Shown: positions 48,701-60,700 of the stretch, piece by piece
Numbering within the stretch: position 1 is the first letter of the stretch
How the letters are laid out: each line of letters opens with the position of its first letter
Assembly (NCBI GenBank): GCA_965235115.1
Contig: OZ249436.1
Location: 11,658,001-11,722,000, forward strand
Reading direction: 5' to 3'
DNA length: 64,000 nt
Origin: Laetmonice hystrix
Lineage: Eukaryota
Translations under genes and position numbers: made by a program
The notes under the pieces: generated by a model
The model's input: the letters and a program-made list of their open reading frames with translations, nothing else
What the model was told of the DNA's origin: nothing
The model's database searches: none

Positions 48701-51700
48701 AGACTATAGACTAAGCTGTCTATCCTTGGACATCATTTTGTATTAATGAGAGACCCTTAAAAAATTGACAACTTATAGGTATTGTGAATTTATTCGTATT
48801 CGGTTAATTTTAGATATTTTATTGGGCAGGATATTCCTCTCGGGATCCCATCTCTTGCCGCACATTAAAATGTAATGCAATCTTTCCAAGTAAAATTTAT
48901 GATACCCTCTTCTCAGACTGAATGGATTTTTTTCAAGAGAATATCAATGTCCTGCTCTATTCTAGTCTCTTCTAGTTGTTCACCCTGCTGACGTAACCCG
49001 CTTACATGGAGGCATGTACGAGGGTTAGCTCTTAAAATTCCAGATTTTTTTTTGATCGCTGACGAAACTGTGACTCTGGCTGGAAGGATTGATTTATTGC
49101 AAGGTTACTTCTCAAGTGTACTATCCATTTGTAGTTTACCAGACCCCCCCCCCCCCGACAGTATTTATTGACTAAAATGAAGGAAGATTTAGACATTGAC
49201 ATGGCTGTGCAAAACGTATAAGCGGCTGTCAAAGGAAGCATTAAACTTTCAAACCATTTAGAAAAGACTGATCCTTAATGGGATCCTTCTGGGCTGGCGC
49301 CAGAGTTGTTATAGCAAGGTATGACTACAAGTAAGCTTCTATGTCAATTTGAATGCATGTATTCAGCTTTTTTAGAGAAGTTCAGGTTTACACAAGAACG
49401 TACACCGGCTGACATGTGAGGTGTATTCAAACAGTGGATGAATGATTCTGCTGGCATATCATTGATTAGCGACATGAAAATTTGTAGAATCAACACACTG
49501 ATAAATATGACAGATGACATTTCCTAATTATGGATAAACCATAATGAGGTAACTAAATAATGGAAGCACATTCATTAGACTAATAACCATAACCCTTATG
49601 TCATCATACTACTCATTACCACCCTTATTTCATTACAATATTCAACAATACCCTTAGGCCTACTTCATTATACATGTACCACATACCATAACCCTATTTC
49701 ATTATACCACTCACCACCACCCTTATTTCTCTATACTACTTGCCATAACCCATATTTAATTTTTTCCACTCCCCACCACCCTTATTTCTATATACTACTT
49801 GCCATAACCATTATTTCATTATACTACTCACTATCACCCTTATTTCTATATACTACTTGCCTTAACCCATATTTCATTATACCACTCACCACCACCCTTA
49901 TACTACTTGCCATAACCCATATCTCATTATACCACTCACCATCACCCTTATTTCTACCACTCACCACCACCCTTATTTCTATATACTACTTGCCATAACC
50001 TCATTATACCCCTCACCGCCACCCTTATTTCTATATACTACTTGCCATAACCCATATTTCATTATACCACTCCCCACCACCCTTATTTCTATATACTACT
50101 TACCACAACCCATCTTTCATTATACCACTCACCACCACCCTTATTTCTATATACTACTTGCCATAACCCATATTTTATTATACCACTCCCCACCACCCTT
50201 ATTTCTATATACTACTTGGCATAACCCATATTCCATTATACCACTCAACGCCAACCTTATATTATACTACTTGCCATAACCCATATTTCATTATGCCACT
50301 CACCGCCACCCTTATTTCTATATACTACTTGCCATAACCCATATTTCATTTTTTCCACCCCCACCACCCTTATTTCTATATACTACTTGCCATAACCCAT
50401 ATTTCATTATACCACTCCCCACCACCCTTATTTCTATATACTACTTGGCATAACCCATATTCCATTATACCACTCAACGCCAACCTTATATTATACTACT
50501 TGCCATAACCCATATTTCATTATACCACTCACCACCACCCTTATACTACTTGCCATAACCCATATTTCATTATACCACTCACCGCCACCCTTATTTCTAT
50601 ATACTACTTGCTATAACTCATATTTCATTATACCACTCACCGCCACCCTTATTTCTATATACTACTTGCCATAACCCATATTTCATTATACCACTCACCG
50701 CCACCCTTATTTCTATATACTACTTGCCATAACCCATCTTGCATTATACCACTCACCACCACCCTTATTTCTATATACTACTTACCATAACCCATCTTTC
50801 ATTATACCACTCACCACCACCCTTATTTCTATATACTACTTGCCATAACCAATATTTTATTATACCACTCACCACCACCCTTATTTCTATATATACTACT
50901 TGCCATAACCCATATTTCATTATACCACTCACCACCACCCTTATTTCTATATACTCCTTGCCATAACCCATCTTTCATTATACCACTCACCGCCACCCTT
51001 ATTTCTATATACTACTTGCCATAACCCATATTTCATTATACCACTCCCCACCACCCTTATTTTTATATACTACTTGCCATAACCCATATTTCATTATGCC
51101 ACTCACCGCCACCCTTATTTCTATATACTACTTGCCATAACCCATCTTTCATTACACTACTTACAAAAAAATCCTTATTTCGTTCTACCACTTACCATCG
51201 CCCTGATTGCCTATTTGAAACCGTCTTTCAGATCACTACCCCGAACACATAGAGCAAATTGTACAGCAGTGCATGGAATGGTGCGACTCTTACAATCTTC
51301 CACTTATCGTGCCATTGTCATCATGGTTACCAGACCCCAGGATACCATTAGTGCAATTCATCGATTGTGCAGAAACGCCCACAAAACTCTGTCCGACGAG
51401 AAACGGCCAGCATGTTTTTTGTGCATCAACCAATGATATTAATATGTACCACCTGCCTTCAAAGAAACTTATCAAGACGTTAACAGGTAAGCTGACAACG
51501 AATGAAACATCTGTTTGATCGCCAGGGTTTTTATCTATGATGAATACCACTAACTGGAAACCAAGCATACTGAAACACATGTAGTGATAAAGTGGGTTTC
51601 ATATATCTTGTTTGAAGAGGAGGTAACCGTTTTAGATAACCAACCCAGGCGCGGATCCAGGAGGGCTGGGGGCACGTGCCCCCTAGACCCCCAAAAGGGG

Positions 51701-54700
51701 CCGTCCCCGTTCTATGCTTCAGGCCCTTTTTACTATTACGATTCCGACTGTGCCCCCCGAAGCCACTCCCTTCTGACTGTGCCCCCCCTAGGACACCCCT
51801 TCTGGATCCGCCCCTACAACTTGTGTATTTGTGGTTGTTCTCGTCTGCGTTTTGTTTCTGACTTTTGTTCTTTCTGCTCTTCTTCTTTGTCTTTTTAATG
51901 AAATGTAAAAAGAGAATTTGCTTGGATTCAATGCCTCCATGAATGAGTTTTGCCTTGTTCTCACTGCAGTTCCTAAGTCAACCCATAACATTCAGAACAT
52001 ACTTTTTGTGCAGGTCATAGAGGTATCGTGACCTGCCTGCAGATGGCGTACAACAACCGCTTCCTTGTCACAGGATCGCTGGATTCCACGTTACGGGTCT
52101 GGGATGTGACCAAAGGCAAAACCCTTCAAACCATCAGGTTTTCTTTTACTTCGTAACTCGAATATTCAATGTCCGGCTGTGAATTGCTAATAGCTTCGTT
52201 TTATTCAATTCAAAAGGTAACACGTTGCTTCAAGCAGATTATAGTGAATGTAGGCCTATTATCGCAAAATATTCTGTCTACATGTACGTGGACAAATACT
52301 TGTCGCCTGTCCACGTCATGTAGTAGCATATCTTTACTTGTAATACACAGGGAGCACTCGGACAGCATTCTGTGCCTGACCTTGACCCACAGCGATGAGG
52401 CGGTGATAACGGGATCCAAAGACCGCTCCATAAATGTCATCTCCTTGACGACAGGCGAAGTGATACATAGGAAAAAGGAGCACCAAGGTGCAATAATTGC
52501 CGTGATACTTAACACCACTGACACCATCCTTGTCTCGGGTAGGCAATTCCTTGTCTGGATAGACTTAATCATTCATGTATACGTCATGTTAAAATGGTAT
52601 TCAGTTGAAGACAGGTAACTGTGAGAATAAACCACTGATGGCCCTACAAGCAAGGGACAGACTGTCCGTCGCCGGTCGAACTGTCCGACGCGCTTGTTGA
52701 AACACCCTTCTGGATTCCTTGGTTATGCAGGTCCTAGGTCATCAACATCGTGGTATCAGGCAATATAATTAAGAAAATACAAATGGTTTAGGATTAAGGT
52801 TACGATTAGGAATAGGATTATGAAGAAATATTTAAATAATACAACATCACGGACTTAAAGTCGTAGGAATGCAGGTCCGTCGGATTCCCGATTGGTATCG
52901 ATGCTGAGGGCAACGATGAACATCTTCCGGATTCGCGGATTTCAACTTTTTTGAGACTAAAATTTGTGTTAAAATCCCACTTCCATACCACCAAAATGCG
53001 CTAAATTTGTGTCAGATTCATAAGTTTCCGCGATCTGTTGGAACTACGCAGCAGGGCGGTAGAACATGGAGTGGTGATGTGGTCGAGCCTCGTCACAGGC
53101 GGCTTCCTTTCACACCGGCGGAGTGATAGTTACACTCTATATGGGAAGGCTTCGCGGGGGCGGGGGAGGGGGCGTCGGCTAGCACTCGAAACAGAATACC
53201 GACCGGAAATTTTCTGGTTGGTGGGGGCGGAAATATCTCGTGCAGCTTGGTTATGGAACTCGATCCTCACCTGTCCTCATCGAACATCGTCGGGGTGGGA
53301 GGGGAGAGAGAGGGAGGGAGGGACGGACGGATAGACAGAGACACACAGAGAGGGACAGACAGGGACAGAGACAGAGACAGAGAGACAAATAGAGACAGAG
53401 ACACAGACAGGGACAGAGAGACAGACAGACAAATAGAGACTAACAGACAGAGACAGGGACAGAGACAGAGACAGACAGAGAAATAAAGACACAGACAGGG
53501 ACAGAGACAGAGATACAGACAAATAGAGACAAAGAGACACAGACAGGGACAGACAGGGACAGAGACAGAGAGACAGATAAAGAGACTAAGAGACAGACGT
53601 GCATCAGTTAGATTATCCATGTGCTGGTGATTTCATGTTCTATTTTCATGCAGCGTCTGCCGACCACACGGTGAAACTGTGGGACATGGACGACATGGGT
53701 CTACTGAGCGTCTTTGAGGAAGGCTTGGCCAGTTCGATCACATGCATGACACTTTCATGTGACAACACTTTTCTTTTACTAGGTAGGTTGCACGTTCCCA
53801 GCTTCATTACCCTCTTACTGCCCCGCTAATTACGCTTATTAGAACAAAGTAGCATTCGATGAGCAGACGATTTTCGAAAACCTTTCAGACGGGCATTTAA
53901 AAATTCTAATTTTCGTACTCCCGTTAAGACCTACAGTGTCAACAAGTATCAATAGTAGTTCCTCGATTTTTTACAGGCTGTGAAGATGAGACGATAAGGG
54001 TAAAATCGTTTACAACCGGAAGTGAAATTCATCGATTGGAAGGCCACAAGGGAAAGGTATACGGGTCCATATATCAAAGGGTATCTTTATAACGATTAAT
54101 ATAGGCATGGCTATATTTAGTTTAGAGAACGTACAACAAACAGGGGCCTTAATGACATGCGCTGTGTGCCGCTGCAGATAGAGAGCATGACGTTGTCCAA
54201 CGACTGTCACCACGCTGCAGTCGGATCGTCTGACGCTAACATTTATATCTACAACTTCCGAACGGCCGAACTGCTCGACGTCTATACTAGCCATACCCAT
54301 GCCGTAACGTCTCTCTGCACGTCATGGAACCAACACTTCATCATCAGTGCCAGTAAGGTACGAACAAAACCCACTTCACAGCCCCTTCTCTCGGTCAAAG
54401 GCTTTATCTAAATTAGTTCTTGACACTAGAGGCTATTATTGAATAAGGTTTCAACTTGAAGAAATATTTATAGTATAAGCTATGGGGTTAGGCCTATTAC
54501 TCAAGATTACTGTATATTTCATGCAAAACTGCCCCCCCCCCCCCAAAAAAAAGAAGTGCATTTATCTGTTCTTGATCGTTACTGTTTGTTTCCACGAGAA
54601 ATCATGAAGAATTGATATCAATATACATGTGACAGAATTGAAGATTGACGTTATGACAATGTCAGGTTCCGTGGGCAGTGATTGCTGTTGTGTGTTTACA

Positions 54701-57700
54701 GGACAAGGTGTGTGTATGGACCTTCTATCGTCGTCACACACACACCATACTCTCAGACGAGCACACAAAGGCCATAAACTGCATCAACATTGCTCGAGAT
54801 GGCAAGATGGCCGTCACTGGTAAGTGATCCCCCAATCAATGACGTCTACCTTTGTCCAGCGCCATCGGTCGACCTACTTGTCTGTGACCTTCACCAACGC
54901 ATTACCTTACATATCAAAGTGGTAACACCCAAGTACTCTGCCCTCAGCCATAGGAAACTTCTGGTCGTCAAAGGCTATTTTTGAAGACGACAATAAGAAT
55001 GGCGTTTTGTCATGTAAATTCCCCTTGCATATTATGATAAAGTAGTTCCTACACAACGTCTCTGAGACACAGACACAGTCGGTGATGACGTGTGGTCTGT
55101 TTCTCCGACATCTGCGACGTTTCTATTCATACTTTCCAAGTTCACGTGTGCGTAATGACGTTTTATTTGGTACAACCATGCATAGCCAAACGCCATACCG
55201 AATTTCTGGTCTCAGTAGATCAGCCTTTTTGAGGTTTTGATGACATGGGGCATGAATAAAAGTTATTGAGGGGACAATTTTGGTGTCCAACATCCACTCG
55301 ACATCGCAGCCCCCTTCCCGGCTTCTTTCCACCAAAACATGGTACAGGTTCACCACAGGGACATAACACCTACAGAGAGTCATACCAGTAACCATACCAT
55401 TCGTCTTGCTTCACTTGTATGGCTCGCATGTTAAGGCTATTTTCACATACAAACAATGTTGTGAAACTGCTTCGGCTGATAAATGGTAATCTGTACGTAT
55501 TTGATAACCACAGGGTCTAAGGACAAGACTATAAGAATCTGGGATCTAGAGGAATGCTGGCCCAACCGCCGTAATCCTCTCCTACAAATGATTAAGGCGG
55601 ATGACAACAGGAATGCCTTCAAGAGATCTGAGTTAAACGGGAAGGAGATCAGCACGGAGAGTCTTGATGATGAGGGGGAGGTGGGTTCTGCTGAACCCGA
55701 CGACACCTCAAGGAGGGAGTCCTTAGCAATGGACAACGATGAGGTGAAATCAATCCTTTCAATCCACGGAAGGAAGGGATCGAACGTGTCCCACGTCAGA
55801 TGGGATTCCCCAGTGTCCCGCAACGACCAGAGTCCTCCTATGTCCCCTGGGAGTCCTCGCCCTCCGAGACCAGCTGATACTGGTACACACACCGGTCCTT
55901 CCCCTAGCGGCACTGCCCCTACCGGCACTGCCCCCACAGGTACCGCCACCACAGGCCCTGCCCTCACAGGTACAGCCCCGACAGGCACTGTCCCCACTGC
56001 CTCGCCAGACCGACCGAGTACTGAACCTGCGCCCACGAAAGCCACTGATGTCGACATGAAACCTCCACCATTGTCCACGCAGGACAACTCCAAATCGGGT
56101 CCGACATCAGATTCTGAAGTTTCCGCCAGAAAGCAGACGGTTAGCCCAGAATTGGAAAGCCAAGAGGTCCATGGGAGCGAGAGGAGACCGCGACGACCGT
56201 CGTTCGTTTTCAGACGAGGTTCTTTGTGGCGGGAATCCGGGGGCGATGACCCTTTCAATGACCTGGCCCTGGGCGTGATCCCTGACCGACTCCGGAGGCA
56301 ATCTCACAAATCGGGCTGGGTGTCCCGAGCCACGGCGGCCACGTCCTGTGTGGTGCAGGCCATTGACTACATCATGGATGCAGACAACGTTTCTGGTGCA
56401 GGCGCCGAATCCAGCATAACCGAATGTAATAAACACAAAACTTCTCACTGTGTTCCAGTACCGTTTTATTTCAGTAGGAGCATGGAGTCACTGAATAGCC
56501 AGCTGTTTCTCCTATACCATACACTATACTACACAGGAGCAATCAAGGGATCATTTTTTATTGATTTATTATATTTCTCGCACCATCGATGCATGTACAC
56601 GATCAGCATGACTTGAAGATATTGCAAAATGCAATAACTTGCCTCAAACTAAGTCGTAGTGTAATTCACGAGTATGCCTTACCTATATAGTGATGGTATA
56701 CATGTACTTTGTACAAACATTAATATATATCCTCACTTATTTACCTTGTTCACAAAATGTTGTATGTAACGGCCGGCTAAAGCTTAAAAAAGAGCCAAAT
56801 AACTGCATGGCAAAGGAGGACATATCAGAATGGTTATTCCGTCCACACACGGCACCCATGCGATTTACGGCACTTAAAACAGTTAAAGTGCTTTAAAAAA
56901 GGCATGGGAAACGTCACTGCATGAGAGCCAAGTCAGTTTTTGGTGTCACCGTTTTTGCATAATAATCCTGCCCAGAATGATGCTAGAATAAGCTGAGTAA
57001 GACTTTCCTTGAATAAGTTTTAACGCATCAATGTCTGCTATAGAGTATTTTTTGTTACATAATTAGATGTTAATTTTTGTATTCTCTTTGTGTTTAAGGG
57101 GATAGGCTTTCATTACAATCCAGCTAGGATGTTTTATCTACCTCCCACAATGAAATACCTATTTAACACATTCGTTGTATTTGGAGCAAAACCGCCTGTT
57201 TTGAATGTTGACCGATGTATTGCAGGTGGAAGTGACCATGTGGTTAAACTGTGGAACCTAGACATCTGTGATTTCTCCGCTGACCTGGCTGGTCACGAGG
57301 CGCCCGTCACGAGCGTGGCACTGGCAGACGACGAGGCGTTTGTCGTGTCGGGATCAGAAGACAAGACGGTCAAGGTCTGGTCCATCATGATGGGTTGTGT
57401 GATCACCGACTACAAGGTCAGTCCAATCCCTTCACTCCACATTAACACGCCTAAGGGCGGAGCCGGGAATTTAGAAATCTACCGACGCAATGAGAATTGT
57501 AGCGGGGTCTGCTTGTTGTTTGGGACAGATGGACAAGCTCCCAGATTCGCCATGTGCCAGAATAGCGGCATGCATCAGGGAGAACATTACTGCTGTTTAC
57601 TCATAGCATGTGTTAAAGGAACTAAGATTATAAGAATTCAGAGCCCAGATCTGAAGATTGCGGTCGAGCGTCTTTAATGTGGGGTTAACGTGTGTGGATT

Positions 57701-60700
57701 ACAAAATGAGGAATATAATATGCTCATTTACTTAACACCCTTACATACTGTGTTACATATAACCTGTCATTGAAATGTGCCTTGACTTCGAAAATAGACC
57801 GGTAAGGGTATATTTCTAGGGCGTATGTATCAGTGAAACACAGTGGTGCAATGTATGTGTTTACCCCCTTCTGAACGCATAAGAAGAGAGCATTTACTTT
57901 CTGAAGGCTTCAAAAGAGTTCTGTGGTCTGTGATCATGAAAGAAACGAACGCGTGCTGTGACGCGTCAAGTCTGCGTGTCTTGTGTGGCGCCGTTAAACA
58001 GTTAGTTCGGAACTTCTGTGGACAACTGACACGTTCAACGCCTAAAGCTGGGGGTTATTTCAAAGAATGAAGTTCAGCCTGTATGACAGTCAGTCGATGG
58101 GGCTTTGGTAATATCGTCAATTGGGGCAGCGTTAGGATTGGTGGCATTAAGCGCTTAGGTATCCAACTTATATAGACATTGCCCCTTTCTTTTCTGTTTT
58201 TTTTCTGTATCCAGTCTGTTAGGAGGTATTGAACCAACTTTCATCAATGACTCAGTGAAACGGGGGTGGGGTGGGGTGGGGTGGGGTGGGGTGGGGTGGG
58301 GGTAAAATATAACTGGGTGATTTTGTGTAGGTTTTACTGACTGTCTCATGCTTCGGTGAACCGGAGAAAATCACCCAGTTCACAAATTCATAGAAAGGAT
58401 ACAAGTTTTTACATTTTTAAAATGAATTGCTTCTTGATATGGGTTCCAGGAACACAACAGCACCATATCCTTGGTGTTTGTTCTGTCGGACAACCAGCGT
58501 GTCATGTCGGTTGAGGAAGACGGATTCATCAAGTTATGGCGGGCAGAAAATGGAGAAACTCTGCTATCCTTAGACGGCCCCACTGCCATGCTCAGCATCG
58601 CTCCCAACTGCCAGTATGCTGTCTCGGGCGAAGGGGACAATGAGTAAGTGCAGGGATAATACGTGGGGAGTTAGATTGTATATGGATGGACTTTGGTGGC
58701 ATCTTGGAGCGCAGAATCACTACTTCATATTATGTACAATATTGTAATTGAAACCTCAATGTTTATTTTGTAATGTTACTCATCGTATCTTCGGGGTCAA
58801 TATCTTTACGGAAAGTCATGCAAATACGGTCAACGCAATTACCGTAAACCAACTTCATGTGCACACTACTATAGGCCTGCCTCAATATGAAGATGGTTTA
58901 TTTCTCCGGCTAGTTCTAACAAACATTTTGTTCAGAGAAGGCCTTGCACAATGTCGAATTATCGTACAGAATGAAGACGTGGCTAGTTGAGGATGGTGTG
59001 GTCGTGAAGGATATTATGCACACAGAGCGGATCACCTGTGTGGCCTACTCGACCGACTCGCAGTATGTCGTCACCGGGTCAGCCGACATGTCGCTCAAAG
59101 TATGGGAGGCTGCCACTGGAAAACTCACACAGGTCAGCCAAGCACCATATGGGCATAGAGTCTATGGTATAAAATAACATTTTATTTACGTTTCTTGAGG
59201 AGCAATCTAATATTGATTGATCATTAATGGGACGTAGGCCTACGCATGATTACAAGAGCTGACACAAAATAAAATTCATTGTGATTGGTTAATAAAGTCA
59301 ACAATATCTTATTACGTCACGTATCTATAGCCTAATGGTGATATTGTCTGCTAGAAAAAAAAACACAGCTCCAATAGAACGTGTCCGAATGAATATAAAA
59401 CTTTCACGTGATGTGGAACAGGTGCTAGTGGAACACGAAGACACCGTCAGTTGTGTGGCTGTCACCGATAGCAACCGTCACGTCGTGTCTGGTTCCCATG
59501 ACAACTGTCTGTTGGTGTGGAGCCTGACAACTGGTCTGGTGGAGCACCGGCTGCAGGGCCACCTCGACCACATCACTGTCGTCAGGGTGACTGCCGACGG
59601 AACGGTCGCTGTCTCCGGTGAGCTACAGTAGTCAGTTAGTTACGTACCTACCTTTGAAGATCAGGTCTTTGATGTTCATGTTTGACAGATAGGGAGGTTG
59701 GAAGCCTTAGTGGAATGATGGTGAAAACGCCATGAATCAAACGAATTCACTTTCACGACTCCCTCCTCAACAATATTTGTTAAGATTTCCGTCGTGCAAT
59801 CGGTCAGTTCTTTTTGTGCCCTGTCATATTTAGGTCTATGTATACCTATATCTAACACCAGCACATGCTCCTTTGTCCCTTGCATCGAAGTAGTTCAGTG
59901 GATCCCCTCATCGAGGGATATAATTACCAGGTGTAAGGACGTGTACAAACCCGAAGAGTGGGTCAATACAACAAAGGACTTAGGCCTACGATGTCCTGTT
60001 GTATTTTAGCTGCCCTATATTACGGCCCTGATCGTAGTAGGCTAGTCTGTCGGCCCGGTAGGCAGCTATAGGCTCACATTGAAATCGTCTATATTAAAAG
60101 GCTCCAAGGATGGGACGTTGCGGGTGTGGAATATTGCGCATGGCACTTTGATCACGACCTTTGACCTTCACACGAGCGTGGAGGATTTTCTAATCACGGA
60201 GAACGGGCTCCACCTGGTGGTGAAGATCGAGAAGAGCGTTCACGTGCCGTTACTCTGTCTCCACAACAGTCCCGCTGGCGAGGTGAAGTCTCAAAGTCAG
60301 ATTTCCATCCAGATGCCAGGAGGTAAGACAACACCGATTCTGTATACAACCTAATAACAGTGATACGGATCTGCTCGAGAAATTCGCCATGTTTTGCTTT
60401 CTTTCTCCTTCACAGTGAACCCGGTGCTACCTCTGAAGCCGCGCATGCCAATGAACTTCCGGCCATCTTCTATATTTCCTGTGCCAACTCGTAACAGACA
60501 AGACCGTGCCTCAGTTTCTACAATCCCGGAGATTATTAAGGTCAGTTCCGAGCAGGAAATTCAGTCCACAAAACACAGTCAACCCGACCTGAGTCGTGAA
60601 CATTAATTAGGCCTACTTACCCATAATTGTGCAGAGGCATAAACGATTGGCATACCTTTCACTTTTCATAAGATATGGACTTGCAAAGGTTATTTCTGTG

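Noticed and set aside
53247..53620. RD-rich and SL-rich ORFs
   Set aside because: These are translations of the GA/GACA microsatellite.
55443..56258. 271-aa antisense ORF
   Set aside because: Shadow of the GC-rich sense exon; no independent features.
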